NCBI GenBank assembly: GCA_964016885.1
Contig: OZ024761.1
Coordinates: forward strand, 16,306,001 to 16,370,000
From: Eledone cirrhosa
Lineage: Eukaryota
Reading direction: 5' to 3'
Length of the DNA: 64,000 nucleotides
The notes below the pieces were generated by a model. That model searched no databases. It saw nothing but the letters and a program-made list of their open reading frames with translations, and was not told where the DNA came from. The translations under genes and the position numbers were made by a program. Position 1 is the stretch's first letter; each line of letters opens with the position of its first letter. Positions 14,337-27,125 of this stretch are shown piece after piece.

Positions 14337-15150
14337 GGAGAGATGACCCCTTAGCCTTTGTCAAGGCAGAATTCTAGGAGAAGGAAAACTCTGATATAAC
14401 ACCTGCAACCCTGATGGTATCCAATGATGTTGACTTGTTCTTCTTTTTGGTAAATATCATCTTGGTTAAGAGAGTGGGACTGGCTTTGTGCAGTGCCTTT
14501 GCTCACTATAAAAGCTTCACGGCACAGGCATTGCTTTATATCTGGAGATCTCTCTGCACTTGTCGTCACATGGTACCATGGGCCCAACACTATGTGTCAA
14601 TAATTGTCACAAGTGTAGTCTTTGTACCAGAGTTTTCAAGTCGCTGGCTGGACTAAAAAGTCACACTCGTTCAGCGCATCAGTAGGGGTTCTCCTACATG
14701 GATATAAAGTAGTGGCCGTACTCGAAAACGAGTTGGCAGCCACCATGTATATATATGTATGTATGTGTATATATATATATATATATGTATGTATATATAT
14801 ATGTAAGTATATATATATGTAAGTATATATATATATAAGTATATATATATATGTATATATATATGTAAGTATATATATATATGTATGTATATATATATGT
14901 ACACACATACATACACACAATTGTACTTCAAAATCCACTTTTCAACCAATTTCAATGTCTTTATATGTGTGCTTGTATGTTATACACATTTCTATACATA
15001 CATTTTCTATACATACAATTATTCAGCAATATCACATACATGCACACACACAACAGTTCTCTTAAAAAATATCTTCGTAACTAAACATTTTTTTTATTTG
15101 TAGAAAAGAAGTTTTAAACCAAACTTGCCTTGTATTTTATTGTCTGTTTA

Positions 15151-15240
<90 letters not shown>

Positions 15241-15295
15241 ATGATGATGATATATATATATATATATCATCATCATCATCATATCATGATGATGA

Positions 15296-15336
<41 letters not shown>

Positions 15337-15372
15337 ATTAATAAATGGAAACTATATTTATAAAACCATATT

Positions 15373-15437
15373 TATTTCATTATACATATTTCAGGGATAC
15401 CAAATTAAATTATGGTATGCCTTCGTCAGACAAAATA
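15373..15437 (-). ncRNA. Type I hammerhead ribozyme motif (left arm of palindrome)
   Basis: TATTTTGT-CTGACGA-AGG C ATACCA/TGGTAT C CCT-GAAA-TATGTA-TA-ATGAAATA. Confidence 0.78.
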
Positions 15438-15489
15438 CAATATATAACAGTTTTACAAATAAGCTTATTTGTAAAACTGTTATATATTG

Positions 15490-15554
15490 TATTTTGTCTG
15501 ATGAAGGCATACCATAATTTAATTTGGTATCCCTGAAATATGTATAATGAAATA
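15490..15554 (+). ncRNA. Type I hammerhead ribozyme motif (right arm of palindrome)
   Basis: TATTTTGT-CTGATGA-AGG C ATACCA/TGGTAT C CCT-GAAA-TATGTA-TA-ATGAAATA; overlapping AATAAA. Confidence 0.78.
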
Positions 15555-15682
15555 AATATGGTTTTATAAATATAGTTTCCATTTATTAATATCGTATATC
15601 TACTCCAAATACGTGTCGAGTGCTTTATATCAGTTATAAAAATATTTACTTGTTGTATCCCAACAATTTTAAATAGAACTTT

Positions 15683-15757
<75 letters not shown>

Positions 15758-15774
15758 AAAAGTCTAAAGTCTGT

Positions 15775-16028
15775 CTTTTTTGGCCGGTGCATATCCCGGT
15801 TTCATGGCGTGAAGCAACTGAGAGTACAAGACTTCCCCCCTGGACAGGACGCCAGTCCATCGCAGGGTTAAACCCCCAGCTATTGCTGGTACTCATTTTC
15901 AGCTGAGTATACTGGAGCAACGTGAAATGAAGTGTTTTGCTCAAGGACACAACATGCAGCCCAGGAATGAAACCCACAACATTATGATCGTAAATCCAAT
16001 GCCCTTACCACTAGGCCATGTGTCTCCA
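15775..16028 (-). mobile_element. tRNA-derived SINE with CORE-like and V-domain-like body
   Basis: Head ACATGGCCTAGTGG...; TGTGTCCTTGAGCAAAACACTT; CCTGCGATGGACTGGCGTCCTGTCCAGGG. Confidence 0.75.
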
Positions 16029-16084
16029 CTATATATATATATATATAGTAATAATAAATAAATATCTTTTCAATATATATATAA

Positions 16085-16240
16085 TAGTAATAATAATAAA
16101 TGTGAAGACTAAAATCCAAAGAGGGCTCGATAAGGATAAATATATATCAAATATATAAGAGCCGTAGAGCAAATATTTATTAAAATAACAGATTAAAGTT
16201 TAAGCAAAGAATCGCTGCTTTCACCCTTAACGGGATCTTC
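16085..16240 (-). mobile_element. Short dispersed element with truncated hammerhead-like end (second copy 31853-32077)
   Basis: Near-identical to 31853-32008; minus strand begins GAAGA-TCCC(GTTAA)GGGT-GAAA, followed by AATAAA. Confidence 0.65.
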
Positions 16241-16464
16241 TCAATATATATATTCACACACATATTCATACATTGAAGTTGGTGGTTCACCACTGGTTAG
16301 AACCTTTCCTTCTGTGTACTTAACCATGGTGCAATACTATGAAAAGAACTCAATCATCTTGGGTGTTAGATTCTGTTGGTGGTGCATTGACGGAGTTAAA
16401 CATTATTGAATAAAGTGACAAAAGGCCGGAAAGTTTAAATTCCTTTAAAGTTTTTATTCTGCTG

Positions 16465-16520
16465 GCACTATATATATATATTTCAATGACCAGTTAGATT
16501 CCAGTGACATCATCAGGTGC
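16465..16520 (-). ncRNA. Type I hammerhead ribozyme motif
   Basis: GCAC-CTGATGA-25 nt stem II-GAAA-(TA)5-TA-GTGC; perfect 4-bp stem I; AATAAA 6 nt downstream; 3' flank duplicated in inverted orientation at ~16638-16695. Confidence 0.72.
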
Positions 16521-16710
16521 ATTGCATAACAGTTATAAAGAAACATGGTGAACACAGGTTGTGTACACGGAGACAAAAATAAAGATAAAAATACTTAACT
16601 CAGGGGCAGCCTACGTCCGATCCCTTAGACTTACTCCAGAATAAAAACTTTAAAGGAATTTCAACTTTCTGGCCTCGTGTCGCATTATTCAATAATATAT
16701 ATATATATAT

Positions 16711-16905
16711 AACAAAGAGGTTGTGGTAAGATACCAGGTGGACCATAACACACCAGAGTACTCAATACTTAAGGTAGTACAGTGGGTAATAGGAAAATAG
16801 TCAGGACTCCGATGGCTGAGCTCCGGCCGTTTTGACAGCTAGATCCAAACTGTTTGGATCTAGCTGTCAAAACAGCCAGAGCTCAACCATCAGGTTCCTG
16901 ACTCT

Positions 16906-16910
<5 letters not shown>
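16711..16910. mobile_element. Fold-back element family, copy 1
   Basis: Hairpin centred on T16851; homologous to 58820, 59503 and 63011. Confidence 0.75.
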
Positions 16911-16944
<34 letters not shown>

Positions 16945-16945
<1 letters not shown>

Positions 16946-17260
16946 TCATCATCATCATCATCATCATCATTTTACGTCCGCTTTTCCCTGCTTGCAAGGG
17001 TGGGACGGGAACTGATTCTGGCTTGATTTCTACAGCTGGATGCCCTTCCTAACACCAACCTCATTTACTGTGAGTGGTGGTGGGTGCTTTTTTTCCCGTG
17101 GCACCTCCACGACCACTTTGCAGTGGAATGATAGGGACCCCAGTCCCTATCATCTCATTTCTACAGCTGAGTAAACTGGAGCAATGTGAAATAAAGTGTC
17201 TTGCTCAAGGAAACAACACATTGCAAGGCCAATGCTCTAACCACTAAGCCATATGCCTCC
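16945..17260 (-). mobile_element. SINE-B (tRNA head, CORE-like, RTE-like 3' tail with (ATG)n)
   Basis: Homologous to 17705-18030. Confidence 0.9.
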
Positions 17261-17292
17261 ATTATATATATATATATATATATATGTGTCAA

Positions 17293-17482
17293 ATAATTGT
17301 TTCTACTTTAGGCACAAGGCCAGCAATTACCCAGTGCATTACTGGTACTTTTATTTTATCGACCCCGTAAGGATGAAAGGCAAAGTCAACCTCGGCGGGA
17401 TTTGAACTCGGATCATAAAGGGACGTAACTATGCTGGAAAGCATGGCGTCTGACCCTCTACCGATACTGCCAATCCACCGCC
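17293..17482 (-). mobile_element. SINE-A with TSD
   Basis: TGTCAAATAAT repeated on both sides. Confidence 0.9.
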
Positions 17483-17704
17483 ATATATATGTCAAATAAT
17501 GGTAATTAAGACGGGATTAAATCACCATGATTGTTTATTGCATGATATATATTTGTGTTACATGGTTATTCATGTGACTTTGTCAGATGCTTACACAATC
17601 ATAGGTGCAGTTATGTAATCATTGGGATATGTCGGTGGCCATGTATGACTATCCTGTAGTGGTGCTGCGGGTCGGCATATATATATATATATATACAAAC
17701 ATAG

Positions 17705-18030
17705 TGAAGGCACATGGCTTAGTGGTTAGAGCATTGGCCTTGCAATCGAAAGGTTGTGAGTTCAATTCTCAGACCGGGTGATGTGTTGTTTCCTTGAGCA
17801 AGACACTTTATTTCACATTGCTCCAGTTTACTCAGCTGTAGAAATGAGATGATAGGGACTGGGGTCTCTATCATTCCACTGTAAAGTGGTCGTGGAGGTG
17901 CCACGGCACAAAAGCACTCACTGTAAATGAGGTTGGTGTTAGGAAGGGCATCCAGCTGTAGAAATCAAGCCAGAATCAGTTCCCGTCCCACCCTTGCAAG
18001 CAGGGAAAAGCGGATGTAAAATGATGATGA
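17705..18030 (+). mobile_element. SINE-B, full length
   Basis: A box TGGCTTAGTGG, B box GAGTTCAATTC, TTTCCTTGAGCAAGACACTT, GGAAGGGCATCCAGCTGTAGAAA, tail GCAAGCAGGGAAAAGCGGATGTAAAATGATGATG. Confidence 0.92.
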
Positions 18031-18619
18031 TAGTACCCATAAAAAAATGATGGGGCGAATAGTAAAAAGCAGGATTTGATTTAATACTTTGCTGGTCACA
18101 ACATTTTATGCGAAGACAATAGATAAAATCTATCTTCTGGTCCTTCCCCCTCCTCTTACTACATTCGACCATTGCCATATTTCATTTTACATTCATTTGA
18201 ATCAATTATAGAAATATTAACGAACATATACAGGGCTGTTGTTAGAATGTGTAGCAACAACAACCATGTGATGGTGGCTTTGTTGTTGTTGTCTGAAGAT
18301 AGATATATTGGTAGTTATACATAAATAGATAGCTATAGATAGATAGACAGATACATAGATAGATAAAGACGTAGGTACGTAGACAGAGATAAATGTTGTC
18401 ATCTGGAAACAGGTAGATAGTCATAAATAGTGATTGATAGATAATGTGGTTGGTAGGTAGATAGAGAGATAAATGTTGTTGTTGTTTGAACATAGGTACA
18501 TTGGTAGATGTCCATAAATAGATAGATACAGAAAGATAAAATGGAATATAGGTAGATAAATAAATGGTGTTATTAGTATCTGAAAATTGATACATTGGTA
18601 GATGTCCATGAATAGATAG

Positions 18620-21600
18620 CTTTTCTCTTACACACCACTTGAGATTCCTCTTAAATGCAGTTTCTTCCTCAGTTCATCCAAGCTCTGCCTTTCTGTCACA
18701 TCTATATTGCATGTCCAATGAAGCATGGCTGCTTCATTTCTCACCAGTTTACAGGTTCTCCGCTGCCACTGCCCATGTTTAACTAGCATGCATGCAGCAT
18801 TGTACTTCGTGCACAGGCATCAGTTGTCCTTTTGTATGTAAGAAGAAACCTTTTGTTGTCAACAGTGGGAGTAGCTTTTTAAACTTCTTCCATCCTAACC
18901 TTATTCTAACTATTACACTTTCAGAGCACCCTCCTCTGCTGTTAATTAGGTCAACTAGTTAGCAGAAGCTATCAACTACATCTATGGATCCTTCATTTGA
19001 TTGGAAAAGGTTTATATTAATGACGCTCTTTCTTTCGATTATCCCTGTGGATCTTCTAAATACAAAGTTTTCCCTACCTTATATCCCACAACATCTCTTA
19101 TGTATCAAAGATTTACATTGTGTACATTGTATAGAGTTTAAGCCTACTTCTTTTCTACATATTGAGCAAGGCCACTTCCCTGAGGGAATCAGGGGTCCTA
19201 TCTTCTTTCCTATTTATGAGCACTTGGCTAAGTTTACTGTCAGACCTTTTGATTCCAAATTCCGGTTCCATAGTTGGAACTTATTCTTTAGTTCTTTTAT
19301 GGATTCAGCTGTAAGGACCAGATTATCTGCATAGAGAAGTTCCTATGAACAGCCAGTCTTAAATTCCTCTGTTATGGTCTGGAGAACTATGATGAACAGC
19401 AGTGGGATAAGAATCGAACCCTGGTGAATTCCTACCTTGAACTCCTCACTAAACTCACTTCCTACTCTCACTTTACTGACAGCTCCTCTGTACATGGCTT
19501 GCACTGCTCACACAAGCCATTCTTCTACACCTAATTTCCTTAAGGACTACTAGATAATAGACCGAGATACTCTAAGTCCTCTTCTAGATTAACAAAAGCT
19601 AAATATAATAGTTTATTCTTAGCTAGGAACTTCTCTTGTAGTTGCCTCACTAGGAAGAGGGCATCTGTAGTACTTTTTCAGGTGTGAAACTGAACTTCAT
19701 CTCATCTAATTTGGTTCTTTCCCTAATTAGCTGTGCTATAACTCTTTTCGTCATTTTCATAACTTGATCCATTAGTTTTATTCTTCTATAGTTGCTCCTT
19801 TCTAGAGCATCACCTTTACCTTTATGATTGTACTGCTGCACAAGTCATTGGGTATGACTCCATCCTGTATTACCTGATGGACTATGCAGGTTACTAGTTT
19901 GACTCCTACTTATTCGATGCTTTTAGCATTTTGGCAACTGTCTCTGATGGTCCAGCAGCTTTACCATTCTTCATCTCCATGATTGCATCTTTGACCCTAA
20001 GCTCTCAATTTCAATAGTTGGTGCTTCTTTTGGATAAGTTTGGGGGTAGTCTCTCCTCCTATTCATTGTCTATATTCATCAGCCTCTTTTGTTACATTTC
20101 CAGACTTCTTTCTATTGAGTATCTGTGATGTTAAGTGTACCAGCATCATTTCTAACACACTTTTCCCTAACAACATGCCGATTCACACTGACACACTACC
20201 TTGCAAGTGCAACATGTCACATCATGATTCTCATGTCGCAAGACATTAGCAAACTCTTTTTCAATCTCTCTCCAATCTGTGTATACCTGTTCTCTAGCTT
20301 TTCTCTTAGCTACCTGGTACAGGTCTCTGCTACCCCCAGTTTTCCAGTATTTCCATGCCTGTCTCTTGGTGTTACTAGCTCTATCCTCTGTGCTTTTCCA
20401 CCACCAGGTCACTCTCTGTCTGGTTGGTGCTTTACCCCAGCCACAAGTCTTATCAGTAGTTTGCAAAAATTTGTTAAGCAAGAATTTCCAATTGCCCTCT
20501 ATGTTATATGTGTCTAGCTCATCATCAAATGCATACTGTAGGGCATTTCTTAACCTATATTTAACAGAAAGGATCTTGTGTTTATTCTGATGTCACTTAG
20601 AACTAACTTATGTTGGGTGGCATATTCTTCCCCGGGGAAGGCCTTAGTATTTATTACAATCCATCTATCTTGTCTTACAAGTAAGAAATCAATTTGGGTC
20701 ATGGTTATAGCCAAAATGTAAAAATCTTGTCAAAAACAAAGACAATTGCGAACTGCATCTGTATATAGTAACATAGAATTGATAAATGTGTCCGAACATG
20801 AAAGAGCCGAGCTCCCACTGTCATTGCCTCCATCTCTCTTACCCTCCCCATTTCTCTGTATTATGAGCAAATGGGGTCCCACATGCTGGCCGCCCCACGA
20901 CCCCGGCAAACAGAATGGAGAAGGCGTTTCCCCGGAGGATGGTAAGGGAGATGCGTTGGAAGAGCCATTCAATCTTGTGAGGCTAGCCAGCTCAGCACCT
21001 AGAGTGGTAAGTAAGGAGATAGCCCTAGGGCCAAGGACACCAGAGGTCTTCACTGCTAGGGGCTTGTGTGTATGCCTGATTGGTATGTGATCAGATGGCT
21101 AGCTGGTTCGCTGAAATTTGTGTTGCAAATGGTTTGTGCATTTGCATCACAGAATTCCAGGGGTCTTTCTCCCACCTAATTTCTTGAGCCATAACCGTAG
21201 CTGCCATGAACTCCACTGAATCCGTCCTCGTACTCTCCAACATGTCCATTGAAGTTGCCTGCCAGGATGATGAGGTCGCTTTTATCTGTAACTGAAGTTG
21301 TCTGTAAAAGTTGCTCATAGAACCTCTCCCTTTTTTCTATATTCAGTTTTACATGTGGTGTATAGGTAGATGTAATTGTCACTATTTCCTACAGCTATTC
21401 TAAGCTTGATAATTCTGTCACTTTTTCTAACTACCTCCATCACTTTATCTAACCGTTTCTCAGCAAGTAGAATTTCTGCACCATTTGCCCCATTGTCATT
21501 TCCTACTCAGTAAAATTTCTATGTATGTTATTTGCCTGTGAGTAGTCTTCCTGAGGCACCCCTCCATCTCACCTTTTGTATACAGCATACATCCACTTCT

Positions 21601-21780
21601 CTTCTCTCTAACAGCTCAACAATTTGACCTGATTTACCTCTCAGGGTGCCAACATTGTGAGTGGTAGCCCTGAGATTTGTATCTTGACAGTTGTTAGTTC
21701 TATGGTAGGGGAAAAGGCTGTGCGATTGCTTGATGACAGTTGAGGGGGTTCTCGCACATGGCTTCTCTATCCACCCGCTA
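18620..21780 (-). mobile_element. Decayed RTE-clade LINE (APE endonuclease + RT, many stops and frameshifts)
   Basis: THNVGTLRGKSGQIVELLERREVDVCCIQKVRWRG; ILAGNFNGHVG; VTWWW; [23 protein letters not shown]; LLYADN; PHD-like Cys motif. Confidence 0.92.
20710..21073 (-). mobile_element. 3' fragment of CRE-like (RLE-type) non-LTR element inserted in the RTE
   Basis: PLAVKTSGVLGPRAISLLTTLGAELA, then after a frameshift EWLFQRISLTILRGNAFSIL; interrupts the RTE between HLITYQSG and TQIDF. Confidence 0.65.
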
Positions 21781-22264
21781 TCGTGTACATGCGCTGCCCT
21801 AATATGACTAGTGTTAGCTCTGTATACACAATTAGTGTGAACCTTATTTGTTGTGCTTTCCATAATTTTTGGCAGGGTTTTTACTGGCTGGATGCCTTTC
21901 CTATCACGAACCACATTAGTGTGGACTGGGTGTGTTATTCGTGCCACCAGCACTAGAGAGTTGTCTTACTGGACTCAAGAATCCTCCCCACCCTATATCA
22001 GTTTCCATTTTTGGCCCAATCGGCTGTTTTTAATCGAAACCACTCTCCTCCTAGATGAGCTGCCTTCAATACTAGTCATAGCATTATCTAATGTTCCTTT
22101 GAAAATAGGGTGAAGTGATTTGAGTTTCAGGCACAGCTGGCTCTGGCTGACTGTACCAGAAATGGGTCCCTATCCAGGTTTACAGAACCCCCTCCTCCCC
22201 TGACTTTGAATCAGTTGGTTAGTTTTTGGCCTGTGTTGAGAAAGGAGGGGAGATGGAGCATGAA

Positions 22265-22552
22265 GCTAGCAGCCTTACCTCCATTAGTCAAAATTGCTAC
22301 AGAAACGATGAATGGACCATATGATAATTGTGTCCACGAAGAGGCTAATGAAGGCTTCTGTTGACTGGAAGCCAGAAGGGAGGACGTAGGAAACAAGACA
22401 GACCTGACAAGACATAGTTGGGTCTGGAGGAAGATCAGGAAAATATGGACCTGAGCTGGGAGTAGATTTGTGTCATGGCTTGCAACTGTATGGAATGGAG
22501 ATCTCTTGTTGCCCAATGTTCCATATGGAGCAAAAGGAACTAAATAAGATGA
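22265..22552 (+). mobile_element. LINE 3' fragment (RTE-like); related short copy at 26150-26250
   Basis: Shared TCAAAATTGCTACAGAAA and GAGCAAAAGGAACTAAA segments. Confidence 0.45.
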
Positions 22553-23161
22553 TGTACATACATACATACATACATACACACATACTTACTTGCATACATA
22601 CACACATACTTACACATACACACATACTTACACACATACACACATACTTACACACACACACACATACACACACATACATACATACACACATACTTGCATA
22701 CATACACACATACTTACACACACACATACACACATACTTACACACACACATACACACATACTTACACACACACACACACACACATACACACACATACATA
22801 CACACATACTTGCATACATACACACATACTTACATACATACATACTTACATGATGGCTGCCCCCTCATTATCGAGTATGGTCATTGCACGATATACCATT
22901 ATTAGAAATTATTAATTCCATCGTGCAATGCATACATACATACATACACACACACACATACTTACTTGCATATACACATACTTACTTGCATACATACATA
23001 CATAATACTTGCACGCATACATACTTACATGCACACTTACATGCATACATACATACTTATATACGACTATATAGTAGAGGATCAATTCAGATTACAACTT
23101 GTGTGTATATATATATAAATATACATATATATATACAGATATATATACAGATATACACATG

Positions 23162-23219
<58 letters not shown>

Positions 23220-23724
23220 AACAAACACATACTTTTCAAAAAAAGTTTTCCAGTTATTTTTTTATTTTTTGTATATATATATATGTGTGTGTGTGTGTGT
23301 ATATATATACACACACACACACACACATATATTGTTTTCTGTCTTCACTACAAAGGAGTGTGTTGTTTTATAGAAATACTTCAGAGGCTAACCTATATTT
23401 TCTATCCTCTCTCTCTCTCCTCCCCCTCTCTCTCTTATCATCTCATTATTTCTTCTCTCCCTGTAATTCCCCTGCTCTCTTTCATCTTTATCTCTTCTCC
23501 CCCTCATCGTTTTCTTTCCCCCCTCCCTCTCTCTCATCTTTTCCGCTCTCTTTTCAAAAAAGCGAAAAAAGAAACCAACAAATATACAAAAAACAAACAA
23601 GTACTAGAGTCAATATGACCAACTATAACTTCCCCAACAGTGCCCCAGCGTGGCCACAGTCCAGTGACTGGAACCAATAAAAGAATAAAAAAACTAAATA
23701 GCAAGAAGTGGTAGAGCATATTTG

Positions 23725-24140
23725 TATAAAATGACATGCTGGTCTTTAGCCATTGCTAGATCTGAGTTCAAATCCTGTAAAATGACATGATGGTCTTTAG
23801 CCATTGCTATAATCTGAGTTCAAATCCTGTAAAATGACATGATGGTCTTTAGCCATTGCTAGATCTGAGTTCAAATCCTGTAAAATGACATGATGGTCTT
23901 TAGCCATTGCTAGATCTGAGTTCAAATCCTGTAAAATGACATGATGGTCTTTAGCCATTGCTAGATCTGAGTTCAAATCCTGTAAAATGACATGATGGTC
24001 TTTAGCCATTGCTATAATCTGAGTTCAAATCCTGTAAAATGAAGTGCCGATGTTTAGATATTACTAGATCTGAGTTCAAATCCTGTAAAATGACATGCCG
24101 GTGTTTAGCTGTTCCTATGATCTGAGATCAAATCCTGTTG
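23725..24140 (+). repeat. 51-bp minisatellite containing a SINE B-box
   Basis: Unit GTAAAATGACATGATGGTCTTTAGCCATTGCTAGATCTGAGTTCAAATCCT x ~8. Confidence 0.92.
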
Positions 24141-24249
24141 AGGTAGATTTATTTGGCTTAGGGTTAGGCTGAAAGACCATGTGGACCATGGCAGGATTTG
24201 AACTCAGAACGTTAAGAGCTCTGTGTACAAGACTCTCGTTATAAATTAT

Positions 24250-25290
24250 TGGATTGGCAGTAATCGGTAGAACGTCGGACAAAATGCTTGGTGGCATTAA
24301 GTTCTGAGGTCAACATTGCCTTTTATCATTCTGGGGACAGTAAAATAAAGTACTGGGGTTGATTTAGTTCACTTTCCCCCTAACCCCAACAAAATGACTG
24401 GCCTTGTGCTTAAATTATTGTTGTTGCTGAAGAGGGTAGATTGGCCGAATCGGTAGAGCGACGGAGAAATTGCTTTGCAGTGTTCAATTAGAACTTTCTA
24501 TCTACCGAGTTGAAATCCTTTTGAGTTCAACTTAGTTTTTTATCCTTCCGAAGTTGATAATAAAGTACCAGTTAAGTACTGAGGTTGATTTGATCTTTCT
24601 CCCCTTCCCTTCAAATTGCTGGCCTTGTGCCAGAGGTAAAAACAATTATTATTATAAGGGTAGTGAATTGGCAGGATTGGTAGAGCGTTGGACACCATGC
24701 TTCACACCCTCTTTACATTCAAATCTCTTCGAAGTTAACTTTACCTTTCATCCTTATGGGGTTGATGAAATAAAGTACCAGTAACGCACTGGGGGGTCGA
24801 TTTAATCGATTATCCTAACCCTCAAAATTGTTGGCTGTTTGCCTATATCAGAAACTATTATTATTATTATGGTGGATTGGCAGTATCGGTAGAGGGTCGG
24901 ACACCATGCTTTGGTGCAAAGAGTTATAGCCCTTGCCATTCTGAGTTCAAATCCCGCCGAGGTTAACTTTGCCTTTCATCCTTACAGGGTTGATAAAATA
25001 AAGTACCAGTAATGCACTGGGTAATTGCTGGCCTTGTGCCAAAAGTAGAAACAATTATTGTGGTGGTTGTGGATTGGCAGTATCAGTAGAGCGTCGGACA
25101 ACCTGCTTCGCAATATAGAGTTATGCCCCTTTACGTTGTGAGTTCAAATCCCACCGAGGTTAGCTTTACCTGTGATCCTTACGGGGTCGATAATTTAAAG
25201 CGCCAGTAATGCACTGGGGTCAATTTAATTGACTTTCCCCATCCACCCCCACAAAATTGCTGGCCTTGTACCTAAATCAGAACCCATCAT
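24250..25290 (+). mobile_element. Head-to-tail cluster of ~5 SINE-A copies of differing divergence
   Basis: Same motifs as the 3993 array, separated by (TTA)n. Confidence 0.88.
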
Positions 25291-25469
25291 TATTATATAT
25301 GGTGTTTGCTGTGTTGCCATGGTAACCAGTGGACATTTCTATACTCACATTATTATACCTGAATAGATGCACTATTGTGTTGTGTCACACTTCAAACACA
25401 ACATAACATTTACATCTTGAGGAGATTCTAATTGTGTTTCTGCAATCTTTGCTAAACACTTCATCACTA

Positions 25470-25532
<63 letters not shown>

Positions 25533-25780
25533 TTTTAGTTTTGTGAGGTTTTTGATATGAAATCGTGTGTCGAAACAAATATTGTTATACTTGGGGAGGG
25601 TCATATTTGTGTAATAATATTGCCAGAATTAATAACAACACACTCACTGTTTGGTTGGTTTTCACTTCTGTGTCTTTTATATCGGTTAATTTAATTTATT
25701 CGGTCCTCAATGTTACCATTGACTGACCAACGGTCAAAAATACAGATACAATATAGACACAAACACATATATACAGTCTA

Positions 25781-25820
25781 ACAAAGTTCTTTCGTTGCAC
25801 ATATGCAACATCGTCAGTGG
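25781..25820 (-). ncRNA. Candidate minimal hammerhead ribozyme
   Basis: CA-CTGACGA-T-GTTGCA(TATG)TGCAAC-GAAA-GAAC-TT-TG; perfect stem II, very short stem I. Confidence 0.5.
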
Positions 25821-25916
25821 TGCTATTATGTTTCCTCCTGTTGTATTGTATACCTACGCCATCTATATTTAGTCTGTTTATTTAAAATAAACAGACTATT
25901 TCGTGCAGTTATTATA

Positions 25917-26096
25917 TATGAGGGCAATCCCCAAAATAAGGTCTCCTTCCGAGGAAAACATGCGTAAAGATCGGCGGATCACTCTGGATGCTCTCTGCAT
26001 CTTGGTTCCCGAGGTTTCCCGAAGCACCATCCACAGGATTTTAACGGAAAAGTTGCAATATCGGAAAGAGACCTTACTTTTGGGATTGTCTTCGTA
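25917..26096 (+). mobile_element. Internally deleted mariner element
   Basis: TIRs TATGAGGGCAATCCCCAAAATAAGGTCTC / GAGACCTTACTTTTGGGATTGTCTTCGTA; HTH remnant DRRITLDAL...VSRSTIHRILTEKLQYRK. Confidence 0.85.
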
Positions 26097-26282
26097 TATA
26101 TATATATATATATATGGGAGAAAAATGAAGCAACATGCTCTATAGGATGTCCAATGTTAGGAGAGAGTGTGAAGCTAATAACTTTACCATTGACTGATCA
26201 AAATTGCTACAGAAATGGTGTACTCTATAGAGCAAAAGGAACTAAAGAAGAAAAAACATGTACAAAGTCTTGATAGCACAAC

Positions 26283-26735
26283 CGTGGATCAGGTAGAATG
26301 TCTGAAGATCAGTGTTGAACAGTGGATCAGGCAGATTGTTCTGTAGTTCAGTGTTGAACAGTGGATCAGGCAGATTGTTCTGTAGTTCAGTGTTCAACAG
26401 TGGATTGGGAAGATTGTTCAATGGATCAGGCAGATTGTTCTGTAGATCAGTATTCAGTAGTGGATTAGGCAGAATGATCTGTAGATCAGTGTTCAACAGT
26501 GGATCAGGTAGAATGATCTGTAGATCAGTATTCAATAGTGGATCAGGTAGAATGATCTGTAGATCAGTATCCAATAGTGGATCAGGTAGAATGATCTGTA
26601 GATCAGTGTTCAACAGTGGATCAGGTAGATTGTTCTGTAGATCAGTGTTCAACAGTGGATCAGGTAGAATGATCTGTAGATTAGTATTCAATAGCAGATC
26701 AGGTAGAATGATCTGAAGATCAGTGTTCAACAGTA
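26283..26735. repeat. 39-bp minisatellite
   Basis: GTGGATCAGGTAGAATGATCTGTAGATCAGTGTTCAACA x ~11. Confidence 0.92.
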
Positions 26736-26744
26736 AACCAATGA

Positions 26745-27125
26745 CATAGAGGCTGAAGCCAAGACACAGCTTTCTACACTCAGTCGAATCACTGAACACT
26801 AGAACTTCTAGTCAGCACCTGTCCCTGTAGTGTAGCCACCTTAACAACGTGGAACACAGGCTCTCTCTCAAGTCTACAGAATCCCTCCCCACTGGGCCTT
26901 CTGGTCCTGCCTGAATAGCTGTTGGTCGCTGTAGAGCCAACCTTCAGAAATGGGGATATACCACCGATGGTGATTTTTAACTGCGAATGCTGGCAATTAC
27001 TAACTATGGAGCACCTTCTGGTTTGTCCGAAATTTGAAGTTTCATGCACACTTAATGTCCTGGACACCTTAACACCCCAGGCAAGGCTCTGTGTGCAACA
27101 CTGGATGTGTGTGGTGTAGCAAGTT
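26745..27125 (+). mobile_element. I/Ingi-like LINE 3' fragment
   Basis: RLKPRHSFL motif and C-terminal CEC...TMEHLLVCP zinc knuckle followed by ARLCVQHW. Confidence 0.55.

Larger units (their letters stand above)
15328..15599. repeat. Near-perfect spacerless palindrome (~270 bp) centred on AAGCTT
   Basis: Arms mirror about 15463/15464; one internal transition (CTGACGA vs CTGATGA) and one edge mismatch. Confidence 0.96.

Noticed and set aside
17705-17780. tRNA gene
   Set aside because: A/B boxes present but no proper acceptor stem; continues into a multicopy SINE body
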